Shown here one piece after another: positions 29,282-37,485 of a DNA stretch of 54,537 nucleotides. The DNA comes from a virus. Lineage: Duplodnaviria > Caudoviricetes. The notes under the pieces were generated by a model that did not search any database, was not told the DNA's origin, and saw nothing but the letters and a program-made list of their open reading frames with translations. Where the stretch lies: positions 1-54,537 of the IMG/VR virus record IMGVR_UViG_3300034022_000096; one strand, 5' to 3'. The translations under genes were made by a program, and so were the position numbers. Each line of letters opens with the position of its first letter. Position 1 is the first letter of the stretch.

Positions 29282-30844
29282 TTAAATATTTTTTACTTCG
29301 CTGTCGAACATGCCGACAAGCATTGCGTGATCGGAAACTTTTGTATTCATTGCCTTGAATAATTTCTTTTCAATCGGGCTTGACTCAATGTGTACCACAG
29401 TAACTTTGTCCGAGTCTTGACCTTTGCGGTCGGCTCGTGCTATGCACTGCGTATACATCTCAACTGACATGAGTGGGCCAAAGAACACAACTGTGTCAGC
29501 GGCAGTTAGGGTAATCCCGTGTGCTGTCGCTTGTGGTTGCAACACCAGTACGCGGATGTTGTCGGTAGTCTGAAAGTCGTTAATGATCTGACCGCGCTTG
29601 GTTGCTGACACGTCGCCATGAATCTGGTCAACGGCGTAGCCATGCTTAGTAAGATAGTTGACGATGGTGTCAATGCTAGAGCGGAACAAAGCAAAGATGA
29701 TTACCTTACGGCTTGTCTCTTCTAATACCTCCTCCAGTACACCAAGGCGAGGCGCAGAGTCGAACTCCACAACTTCTTTCTCGTCTGTGTACGCGGCACC
29801 ACAACTGATTTGCAGTAGCTTGTTTACAGCAACGCCTGCGTTGACTGCGCTGATTGTTTCACCGGCAGCTTGGAAAAGCATCTGCTCTTTGAGTAGCTTG
29901 TAGTACTTAGCCTGCTGTGGTGTCATTGGTACTTCGCGTGTGACTGTGATGACTGGCGGTAAGTCAAGGCACTGGTCTTTGGTGAAACGTATTGCGGGTT
30001 GAAGCGCTTCGTACACAAGCTCTTTTGCGTTAACCTTTGGAGCCCACTTGAACATACTGATCTTGTTCATCACCTTGTCGCGCCACGATGTCTGGAACTT
30101 AGGCACACCACTTGGGTTAACAAACTTAGCCAAGCCATACGCATCCACAGGCGACTGTGATGCAGGCGTACCAGTCATCATCCACAAGTATGTCTCAGGC
30201 TTAATGATTGATGCAAGTGTTTTCCATCTGCGTGTCGATGGGTTTTTGTATGCGTTGGCTTCATCGACAATCACTAAGTCAAACCTACCATCAGCGTTGA
30301 TCTCAGATGCAATCAAGTTGAGGCCGTCATAGTTGGCAATCACAATCTCGTAGTCCTGCTGAATCATTTCAATACGTCGGCTAGCTTGAGCATGGTGCGC
30401 GACGATGGCAGAGCGGTGGATAACACTGCGATTGATGTCACCCATCCACGCGCTGTGCATGATGGACAGAGGGCAGAGAATAAGTATGCGACGAACCTCA
30501 CCACGCTTCATTAAGAAGTCAGCCGCCCATAGCGCAGATAAAGTCTTGCCAGTTCCGGGGTCGTTAAAACAGAATGATCTGCGATGTAATGTGAGGAAAG
30601 CAGACGTCTCTATTTGGTGAGCCATTGGTATAAACTTTCCCGGCCAGTCGTAGCGCCTAGTGATAGGTGACGGCACATCTTTCACACCAAGATTGCGTAG
30701 CACCCTTGCTTCATCAAGACCCCAGTAGACAGCTATCTCAAAGATTCCGTTGTCCTCGGAAAGAATTTTGTGCTTTGGAATGATCGCGTACTTGTGCGGG
30801 TTGCGCGTGCGCAGTACGAGCGCTTTGTCGTCAACGATCTGCAT
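29282..30844 (-). CDS. SNF2-family (SF2) helicase
   Basis: DPGTGKT, IVDEA, TGTP and Q...RADRKGQ motifs; likely start MQIVDD. Confidence 0.9.
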   Translation of the reverse strand: MQIVDDKALVLRTRNPHKYAIIPKHKILSEDNGIFEIAVYWGLDEARVLRNLGVKDVPSPITRRYDWPGKFIPMAHQIETSAFLTLHRRSFCFNDPGTGKTLSALWAADFLMKRGEVRRILILCPLSIMHSAWMGDINRSVIHRSAIVAHHAQASRRIEMIQQDYEIVIANYDGLNLIASEINADGRFDLVIVDEANAYKNPSTRRWKTLASIIKPETYLWMMTGTPASQSPVDAYGLAKFVNPSGVPKFQTSWRDKVMNKISMFKWAPKVNAKELVYEALQPAIRFTKDQCLDLPPVITVTREVPMTPQQAKYYKLLKEQMLFQAAGETISAVNAGVAVNKLLQISCGAAYTDEKEVVEFDSAPRLGVLEEVLEETSRKVIIFALFRSSIDTIVNYLTKHGYAVDQIHGDVSATKRGQIINDFQTTDNIRVLVLQPQATAHGITLTAADTVVFFGPLMSVEMYTQCIARADRKGQDSDKVTVVHIESSPIEKKLFKAMNTKVSDHAMLVGMFDSEVKNI

Positions 30845-31076
30845 CTTCTTCCAGTACGTAATGGAACTCTCTAATTTTTTTAGTTGTAGCAACGTTTACA
30901 GACCTCGCCTGCTGTCTGCGGCACACCTCTAAGCCAATCATGCCTAGTTCAGTTTTTTGTCTTATTAAAGACTCAAGCTCGTTGCACAAAACTTTATTGT
31001 CATTAAATCCTACTTGCCACAAGTCGCGCAGTGTCTGCGTGTCCACATTTTCAAACCCTGTTGTTTCCGTTACCAT
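30831..31076 (-). CDS. hypothetical protein (distant paralogue of the two neighbours)
   Basis: GGAGG RBS; TLRDLW motif. Confidence 0.6.
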   Translation of the reverse strand: MVTETTGFENVDTQTLRDLWQVGFNDNKVLCNELESLIRQKTELGMIGLEVCRRQQARSVNVATTKKIREFHYVLEEDADR

Positions 31077-31414
31077 TACGCATCCTCCTTCAGCCTAGCC
31101 CAAGGCGAGTTGTCTGAGTGATGGTTTAGTTCTTCCATCTTTTTATTTTTATGCAGTCGCGCTGAAGCATCAGACCAAAAGTCGTCGTCTAACTCTGATA
31201 CATCTATCCACGTATCTCCATACTTTGCACGCCATAAGTTGACAAGTTGCGATAGTGGTATCGAATACACAGGGTCATTGTTAGGATTGAACGTAGTCAT
31301 AGTGACGGGCTGTTGCTTTCTAGCCTGTGCGTACACTTGGGCGCTTATTCCTAGTTTTCTAGCAAGCGCGGCCTCAGTTGCGGTAAGCGTTACCGTATTC
31401 TTTACTTTTCCCAT
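31076..31414 (-). CDS. hypothetical protein with scaffold-like N-terminal motif
   Basis: AAGGAG RBS; LTATEAALARKLGISAQVYA followed by IPLSQLVNLW..KYG..W.D. Confidence 0.7.
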   Translation of the reverse strand: MGKVKNTVTLTATEAALARKLGISAQVYAQARKQQPVTMTTFNPNNDPVYSIPLSQLVNLWRAKYGDTWIDVSELDDDFWSDASARLHKNKKMEELNHHSDNSPWARLKEDA

Positions 31415-31429
31415 TTTCTTCTCCTTGAT

Positions 31430-31645
31430 TTATTTTGGATTACGACACACATACTTAGAGCGGTCGGTTAAGAAGTGAACCTCAAGTTCACCTTCTCTTC
31501 TCATTCTGTTGTACGCGTCTTTGTAAAATGGGTCTTCTGTTACTTCCACCAGATCAACCCAGTCATGTCCCCAACGCGCTACCCAGAGATCGATAAGTCT
31601 TGCGGTAGGTATGTCACTTAATAGAGTGGTCTGACTTTCTTGCAT
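31430..31645 (-). CDS. hypothetical protein (paralogue of the 31076-31414 C-domain)
   Basis: IPTARLIDLWVARWGHDWVD; start uncertain, MQESQ assumed. Confidence 0.6.
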   Translation of the reverse strand: MQESQTTLLSDIPTARLIDLWVARWGHDWVDLVEVTEDPFYKDAYNRMRREGELEVHFLTDRSKYVCRNPK

Positions 31646-31880
31646 ACGAACGGTTTGCGCTCGCGTCTTTGACACGGAGATTCGAGCGTACTGTCTTTCC
31701 CCCTTTTGATAGCGCTCTTTTGTGGTCGACATCTTTTCCATCTCCTTTATGTACTAGTCCTTCCTTCTCCATAATTGCTCGTGCTTTGTTTCGTGCGGCA
31801 CGTTTCTTCTTGACCATCGGTGTGCCGTCATACTGTTCGTACTCTTTTGCGTACGGGCGGGGTTTGTTTACGTAAGGCAT
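31614..31880 (-). CDS. HNH endonuclease
   Basis: DVDHKRALSKGG...SNLRV....NR motif. Confidence 0.8.
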   Translation of the reverse strand: MPYVNKPRPYAKEYEQYDGTPMVKKKRAARNKARAIMEKEGLVHKGDGKDVDHKRALSKGGKTVRSNLRVKDASANRSYARKSDHSIK

Positions 31881-31890
31881 GATTTTCCTT

Positions 31891-32556
31891 TCAGTGTTTC
31901 TTGTTGAACTCGCAAGTCTTTACTGGGCACCAACCGCACAGTGGCGTTTGATTTGGGTTCCACACGTCGTTGGCAAAGCTTGCTTCAAGCCGCGCTGTAC
32001 GCTCACGATAGTCCCACCAGTGTTTATCGGCGTCATCTCGTGCCATCGACATCTTGACCATATCATTTTTCACAATGAACAGCAATGCTGAGTTGACCTT
32101 GCGTATGTGTGGGAAGTGGGCAAACACCATGAGCGACATGAGAACTAACTGATCTCTATCGGGATACTTGTTGTTGCCAGTCTTCCAGTCACCCACCCAT
32201 GCCGTGAGGTTGTCGTCATCAACGACTAGGATGTCAGCAATGCCGCGCACCCACACGTCTTTGTCTTTCCAACCAGTAGGCTTGAGGTCGACAGTCAGCG
32301 CCATCTCATACTCAGCGAGCTTGCGCCCATTCTTCTTCAGCATGGCGTCCACCACAGGTTGAAACTGTGAGTACTCAGCGGGTATTGGTTTGCCCTCTGC
32401 GATGTAGTCCTCAATAGCTTTGTGTACCTGATTGCCGTAACGTGTTGCCTCAGTCTCAGTGAACGGGTAGTTCTTCAAGACCTTGACCTCTTGGTAGCGG
32501 CGTTGGCATCCCTCAAAATCTTTGAGGGCTGAGTGTGACCATGCGGGTTGTTTCAT
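31891..32556 (-). CDS. PD-(D/E)XK exonuclease (RecB/Cas4-like)
   Basis: WSHS.L..F..C, G..VH, RGIAD, DWKTG, QL and C-terminal LCGWCP...C motifs. Confidence 0.88.
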   Translation of the reverse strand: MKQPAWSHSALKDFEGCQRRYQEVKVLKNYPFTETEATRYGNQVHKAIEDYIAEGKPIPAEYSQFQPVVDAMLKKNGRKLAEYEMALTVDLKPTGWKDKDVWVRGIADILVVDDDNLTAWVGDWKTGNNKYPDRDQLVLMSLMVFAHFPHIRKVNSALLFIVKNDMVKMSMARDDADKHWWDYRERTARLEASFANDVWNPNQTPLCGWCPVKTCEFNKKH

Positions 32557-32849
32557 AGTTGGGCTGAGTTGATTGCGCTTGATAAGCGGTTGGCAAAAGC
32601 ACTGACAAACTTCTCGTCACTACATAGCTCGTGCTTCATGTCGTGTAGTACAGCGTGAGTCATCTCATGCCAGAACGAGTCGGCCAGTTCTGCTTTGTCT
32701 AACTTGTTGCCGTAAGCATCTTTCTTGGCAAGCCAGATGATGCCGTGTGTGTAGTCGATTGTGCCTAGCGTGTGTTGTCGCTTGGCTTTGTCAACCATGA
32801 TTGTGGCGTATTCAACGTTGCCCACTCTGATGCGTTTTGGTATCTTCAT
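32553..32849 (-). CDS. small zincin-like (HExxH) protein
   Basis: FWHEMTHAVL plus a downstream E (DEKFV). Confidence 0.65.
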   Translation of the reverse strand: MKIPKRIRVGNVEYATIMVDKAKRQHTLGTIDYTHGIIWLAKKDAYGNKLDKAELADSFWHEMTHAVLHDMKHELCSDEKFVSAFANRLSSAINSAQL

Positions 32850-32857
32850 TACTTCTC

Positions 32858-34825
32858 CTAGCTTTTTGCTAACCCATATCTCCGGTGAGCGCCACCGTCA
32901 GCGGACAATGGTATGCCTTGCATATAGCTTGGCTCCATAGTCATTTGCGCCAAGACCCAAGTCTTAGCGTCAACTACTTCATCGTCAGGTACAACAGCAA
33001 TCAGTTCGTCATGCACTGTGCCTGCGATCGGGTATTTCTTTGCTACCCTCAACATACCATCCGTCATAACAATACGTGCTAATGCCTGCGTAATGTTGTT
33101 CGTTATCTTTCCTGCATACAACTTGGTAGCGTGTGGCCCGTAGACTGCTTGGCTCCTACCTTTGTCGTCCTTCACATAGCGAAGATCAGGGTACAACAAC
33201 TTCATTCCGTTTGGTAATTCTATCTCACCTTTGCGGAACGTAATACATTTATACACCAGTTCTTCACCCTTTACAAGCGCCCTGTGTAAAGCTGTTTCAC
33301 AGAGACTCCAGAACGCTACAACAGGGTACGCAGTGCTCCTATACGTGTCTATGATAGCTTTGGCCGCAAGTACGTGGTTTAAAAGATCTTCAGTTGAGCA
33401 GGTGTGCGGTATCTCCAACAGCTTGGTATCGATGTCAGTCAACTTCACAAAAGCTTGCGCATACTCCGAGCCAACACCTAACTGCTTTGCGAAGTCTCGC
33501 GAATACCTGACTGGCGGTGCACCGAGGAATCCGACAAGTAGTTGCGAAGCAAAGGACGCCCAACCAAGGCCATAGCCGCACCCGAGTAGCGCTGATTTAG
33601 CAGATTGGCGAAGGTCTGGATGCGAGTCTTTGGTAAGCCCATGTATGTTGAACATCTGAGCCCCGAACGCGGCATAAGGGTCACCCCCTGCGCGGAAGAT
33701 GTCAAGCATATCTTCGTAATCCGAAAGCCACGCGAGGACTCGCGGCTCAATCTGCGAGAGATCACCGACGACGAGTTGATACCCCTCTGGAGCCATAATT
33801 GCTTTACGTAGGAACGAACCTCGCTTGAGGTTTTGCATGTTGATGGCCGAGCCTTTGGCCGCTGTCCACCTACCCGTCTGCGCCCCGTAGTACGAGAGCG
33901 GAACTGGGAGCGTGCCGCGTTTGCCGATGTCAAGGAATCTTTGGGCACGGGTTCGCTCAGTGGTTGATTTAACCTTAAGACGCGCTTGACAAAGTAGGGC
34001 AACGTCTTCACGTTCACTGTTGAGTAGCGTTTGAAAAAGGGCGTCGTTCTTTGCAAGCGCGAGGGTCGTCTTGCCTGTGGTTTTACTCGTCTTGGTAGGC
34101 GGAACAACTCCGAGTTTCGTAAGTAGTTCAGCAAACTTTGGGTTCGATGCCAACTCAGCATCCTCCACGCCGAGCCTCTGTAATAGTTGTTCACGAGCAG
34201 TTCCTTCCTCGGCTAGTGCCTTGATTAACATTTGTTGGTCTAATTGCAACAGCGGACGCGTGTACATCTTGAGCGTCATGTCGATGAGCCGTAGCTCTTT
34301 CGCAGGGTAGCCTTTAACAAGTCGTTTGAATATCTCCTCGCACAGAAATACATCATGGGCGCAGTAGTCGGCAAGCTCTTTTTCAATTTCCGGCGTGAGT
34401 ACTGATAGTCCGTTAGTGGAGTAAACAGCATTGCCTTTTGGGGGGAGGGAATAATCGGAGGCCAATTTTGCAAGGGAGTTGCCGACTTCAACTCCTCGAA
34501 GCGCTCGTCCCATTGATAACGTATCAAAGATGAAACATGGTCGGGCGTTATATCTCCACTCCATAATTGATACATCGAACTGTGCGTTGTGGGCAAGCAC
34601 TGCGGTTCGTCCCCAATCAACCCCATCAAGGTACGCACGTAACTCTGTATCTCCAAACCATCTAATTGGTTCATCGCTTCCGTATACATGGACGCAAGCT
34701 CCGAACGCTCTGAATTTATCATGGCGTATGTACTCCTCTGTTGTCATCTTACTGAGCGTGTACTCTTTGCTATCCCAGTACGTCTCAAAGTCGATGGTTA
34801 TTATTTTGTCGTATGGTTTGGTCAT
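32858..34825 (-). CDS. polA: DNA polymerase, family A (3'-5' exonuclease plus polymerase)
   Basis: DFET, HNAQFD and YCAHD exonuclease motifs; TGRW, DLSQIEPR (motif A), RQSAKSALLGCGYG (motif B), VHDE (motif C). Confidence 0.95.
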   Translation of the reverse strand: MTKPYDKIITIDFETYWDSKEYTLSKMTTEEYIRHDKFRAFGACVHVYGSDEPIRWFGDTELRAYLDGVDWGRTAVLAHNAQFDVSIMEWRYNARPCFIFDTLSMGRALRGVEVGNSLAKLASDYSLPPKGNAVYSTNGLSVLTPEIEKELADYCAHDVFLCEEIFKRLVKGYPAKELRLIDMTLKMYTRPLLQLDQQMLIKALAEEGTAREQLLQRLGVEDAELASNPKFAELLTKLGVVPPTKTSKTTGKTTLALAKNDALFQTLLNSEREDVALLCQARLKVKSTTERTRAQRFLDIGKRGTLPVPLSYYGAQTGRWTAAKGSAINMQNLKRGSFLRKAIMAPEGYQLVVGDLSQIEPRVLAWLSDYEDMLDIFRAGGDPYAAFGAQMFNIHGLTKDSHPDLRQSAKSALLGCGYGLGWASFASQLLVGFLGAPPVRYSRDFAKQLGVGSEYAQAFVKLTDIDTKLLEIPHTCSTEDLLNHVLAAKAIIDTYRSTAYPVVAFWSLCETALHRALVKGEELVYKCITFRKGEIELPNGMKLLYPDLRYVKDDKGRSQAVYGPHATKLYAGKITNNITQALARIVMTDGMLRVAKKYPIAGTVHDELIAVVPDDEVVDAKTWVLAQMTMEPSYMQGIPLSADGGAHRRYGLAKS

Positions 34826-35025
34826 GACTGACCCCTTGCTCGGATAAGATCAGCACACGTGTACGGCTCTGCTATCTCTGCAATCTTTGCGCACTCCTCA
34901 CGCTCCTGCTCAATGGCTAAGTTAACCAAAGCCACTAAGTGTGGCGTTGATACAGTCCACGTTGTGTAGTGCTTGTTCTCTTGCACCACTCTGTGTAGCG
35001 TTGCTAGGATTTCATCTTGTGTCAA
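34822..35025 (-). CDS. hypothetical protein
   Basis: TTG start with AAGGAG; EREECAKIAE...ADLIRARG motif. Confidence 0.65.
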   Translation of the reverse strand: MTQDEILATLHRVVQENKHYTTWTVSTPHLVALVNLAIEQEREECAKIAEIAEPYTCADLIRARGQS

Positions 35026-35303
35026 TTAAAGTTCTCCTTGGGTGGTGCGTCGAGGACGTTGAGAAAGCCGAAAAAATCGTTTGCCGCCAACATGAGTTGC
35101 GACGCCTCCATCTCGTTACAGTTTAGGGTAACGACTCCTGCAAACGCATCCTCTGCGCGTCCAATGATGACAACGCCTTGCGCGTTGCCTTCTCCATAAC
35201 ACATCACCAACTTGTATATCAACAACTTGAAGTGCGCCTGCTCTTCGTCTGACATCTTGTTAATACGGTGCTCTAACTCTTCTTGTGACATTGCTTCGCT
35301 CAT
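35022..35303 (-). CDS. hypothetical protein
   Basis: Coupled by 4-bp overlaps on both sides. Confidence 0.65.
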   Translation of the reverse strand: MSEAMSQEELEHRINKMSDEEQAHFKLLIYKLVMCYGEGNAQGVVIIGRAEDAFAGVVTLNCNEMEASQLMLAANDFFGFLNVLDAPPKENFN

Positions 35304-35527
35304 GATTTTTTCTTCTCATGCATTTCGTAGAGCGTGGTGATGTACGCGATTAACTTATCGCGGGGGTAGCCCGTCTTGTATGCAAGCGTACACAGGTAGC
35401 TTAAAAGTGCAGAGATGCCTATGTTCACCTCTTTATCACCCATCAGTTCCATCAATTCGTCTACTGCGGCTTCCACTTTCTGCTGTTGAGCCCGACGTTC
35501 GCGTGTTTCCTCTATGTCTTTGGTCAT
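35300..35527 (-). CDS. hypothetical protein
   Basis: GGAGG RBS; coupled overlaps. Confidence 0.6.
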   Translation of the reverse strand: MTKDIEETRERRAQQQKVEAAVDELMELMGDKEVNIGISALLSYLCTLAYKTGYPRDKLIAYITTLYEMHEKKKS

Positions 35528-35805
35528 GATAAGACCTCCTTTAAAGTTTGTATGTTGTCCTCATTGATGACAACGGCTATCCCCCCTGCGCCACGTATGC
35601 GGCTCAGATGGGCTTCTTGTAGAGCGGTGGTTTTACCCTTACCCGCTTTTGCTTCAATGCCAACGAACTTGCCGTTAGCACATACAAGGAAGTCAGGCAC
35701 CCCTGAGTTCCCGTATCCTGTCCCGATGGGCATGGCGTAGTACACACCCAACTCATCTAGTATCTTACGTATTTGCTTCTTGACTTTTACTTCTGGTGTT
35801 GACAT
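35524..35805 (-). CDS. VRR-NUC domain nuclease (resolvase candidate)
   Basis: PE..VK, GVPDFL, GIEAKA and T.LQ motifs. Confidence 0.85.
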   Translation of the reverse strand: MSTPEVKVKKQIRKILDELGVYYAMPIGTGYGNSGVPDFLVCANGKFVGIEAKAGKGKTTALQEAHLSRIRGAGGIAVVINEDNIQTLKEVLS

Positions 35806-35819
35806 GTCAACCTCCTGTT

Positions 35820-35982
35820 AATTAGGCGAGGGGGTAAAGTAGATTACGCGCCCCCTCGTATCGCGTTGCGGAATGGCAACAAGAGGTAATTCTTCAAAGG
35901 ACTGACGCCCCTTGTTGCCGACAAAGTGTGGTCGCATCTACTAGGCTTGCACAAATCGCCTTATCAACACACGTCAGTCCTT
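35820..35982 (-). ncRNA. predicted structured RNA with two pseudoknots (family unknown)
   Basis: 12-bp and 8-bp stems whose loops are perfectly complementary (11 bp and 7 bp) to upstream segments; G-U pairs favour the minus strand. Confidence 0.6.
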
Positions 35983-36240
35983 GGATTCTTTTACACTTCT
36001 TCTGCCTGTGTAGTTAGGCTTTGGGCAGTTCTCAGGCACGTCAACGACGACCCAGATTGCGGCTAGTGTATTGCGGTGAGTTGACTTCTCCCACCGATCG
36101 ACGTACACCCCAAACACACTCTCCAATGCTTTGTTGACAACACGCTTGTCTATGCCCGTGAGCCTAGATATATCGCTTGACTTCAAACCATCGGGGTGTT
36201 GTTTGAGTGTATCTCGAATGATATTGTGATTACTCTTCAC
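35974..36240 (-). CDS. winged-HTH-like DNA-binding protein
   Basis: HPDGLKSSDISRLTGIDKRVVNKAL; GTG start. Confidence 0.6.
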   Translation of the reverse strand: MKSNHNIIRDTLKQHPDGLKSSDISRLTGIDKRVVNKALESVFGVYVDRWEKSTHRNTLAAIWVVVDVPENCPKPNYTGRRSVKESKD

Positions 36241-36382
36241 TCTTCATCTCTCGGACATACTGCGCAAAACTTGCGGCAGTATCCCCAAAGTTTTTCATAG
36301 CATCAAACGCAAGCGCAACTTCTTCTAGCGTGTGATTGCGCACAGCTTGACGTAGCGTTTCAAGTACTTCATCTTGTGTCAT
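36230..36382 (-). CDS. 50-aa hypothetical protein (not in ORF track)
   Basis: MTQDEVLETLRQAVRNHTLEEVA...FGDTAASFAQYVREMK; GAGGG RBS; fills the gap. Confidence 0.6.
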   Translation of the reverse strand: MTQDEVLETLRQAVRNHTLEEVALAFDAMKNFGDTAASFAQYVREMKSEE

Positions 36383-36575
36383 GTTCCCTCGCTCTCAACA
36401 TGGCGTCTGCCATTCTGTAAGATAACTCCGCAAACTGGTCGTGTGAATTTACTACTGTTGTCAGTTCAGAATTGCTGAACATACCTTGCATAGCTCGCGC
36501 CGCAAAGTAGTCACGAATACTGATGCCAAAATGCCCATCGTCTGGAAACGCTTGTTGCTTTTGATCTTCTCTCAT
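36369..36575 (-). CDS. conserved small phage protein
   Basis: AFP...G.SIRDYFAARAMQG...SY.MADAML.AR motif. Confidence 0.75.
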   Translation of the reverse strand: MREDQKQQAFPDDGHFGISIRDYFAARAMQGMFSNSELTTVVNSHDQFAELSYRMADAMLRAREHDTR

Positions 36576-36576
36576 G

Positions 36577-36735
36577 CTAGTCCTCCATAATTTCTAAAAG
36601 AATACTGTGCTTAACTATTTCCAACACGCCTAGCACAGTAGTGGCGCGTATCGTGCCTTCGTAACGCTCAATAACTTTACACAGTTCTTGAGTCAAGCCG
36701 TCAACCAATTCATTTTGCAGTTGTATCGAGTCCAT
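36577..36735 (-). CDS. hypothetical protein
   Basis: GGAGG RBS before MDSIQ; VLGVLEIVK motif. Confidence 0.6.
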   Translation of the reverse strand: MDSIQLQNELVDGLTQELCKVIERYEGTIRATTVLGVLEIVKHSILLEIMED

Positions 36736-36736
36736 A

Positions 36737-37300
36737 TCAACCTCCAAACATTTTCTTGAGGTAGTCATACAACTCGCGTGCTTGTATCACGTTCATGTGT
36801 TTGATAACTTCTTCTGGAGGCTTACCGAACACAATAGTATTCACAACGCGCTTGCTCGTAGCTTCGGGATGTAGCGCGGCAATGCCATCGCCTGCGGTCG
36901 CTAGTGGTCGCTTGTGGTCGTTAGTGGTCGCTGGCTTGACTTTCGTAGGCGCTTTGACCTTCTTGGCATACTTAGCGCTTGCCTTCATAGGTGTGTACTC
37001 GTCCACAGTAACGCGATAGCCGTGGTTGTTATCTCGCACAGCAAGACCCGCACGAACGAACTGCGCCATGAGTGCCGTGACTGATGACTCTTTGAACCCG
37101 TGTTTGGCTAGATCACGGCTCGCGGCTGTGGATGTTGTGCCGGGGTGCAATTTAATATAGTCAAAGGTGACTCGGGTCACGTTGTTCTGAACTTCGAATA
37201 CTGGTCTATTTTGCATAAGTTTCTCCTTGAGTTGTTGTCCTGTGGGGGTGGGTTCCCACGCATTGATTGCACTTCTAAGTGCGGATTGAATATCAGGCAT
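36737..37300 (-). CDS. hypothetical protein (possible wHTH)
   Basis: AAGGA RBS before MPDIQ; a second strong RBS plus in-frame ATG (MQNRP) at 37216. Confidence 0.65.
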   Translation of the reverse strand: MPDIQSALRSAINAWEPTPTGQQLKEKLMQNRPVFEVQNNVTRVTFDYIKLHPGTTSTAASRDLAKHGFKESSVTALMAQFVRAGLAVRDNNHGYRVTVDEYTPMKASAKYAKKVKAPTKVKPATTNDHKRPLATAGDGIAALHPEATSKRVVNTIVFGKPPEEVIKHMNVIQARELYDYLKKMFGG

Positions 37301-37317
37301 GACCGTTTCCTTTCTGT

Positions 37318-37476
37318 TTATATGTCCAAGCGTTGTACCTGACGTGCAACCAACCACTTGTCTCCAAGCCTACGGATAGAGCGTACCCATTGGCGTTGAT
37401 AACTGCGGATGGTTTCGGGAGGTGCATCGTATGTAGAAAAGATGCGACGAACGTGTGTTAAGTATTTAGTTTTCAT
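37318..37476 (-). CDS. 52-aa basic hypothetical protein (not in ORF track)
   Basis: MKTKYLTHVRRIF...YQRQWVRSIRRLGDKWLVA; AAGG RBS. Confidence 0.65.
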   Translation of the reverse strand: MKTKYLTHVRRIFSTYDAPPETIRSYQRQWVRSIRRLGDKWLVARQVQRLDI

Positions 37477-37485
37477 GATTACCTT

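Noticed and set aside
31891-32556. Cas4-like nuclease as evidence of a CRISPR system
   Set aside because: Stand-alone PD-(D/E)XK exonucleases are routine next to phage polA genes.
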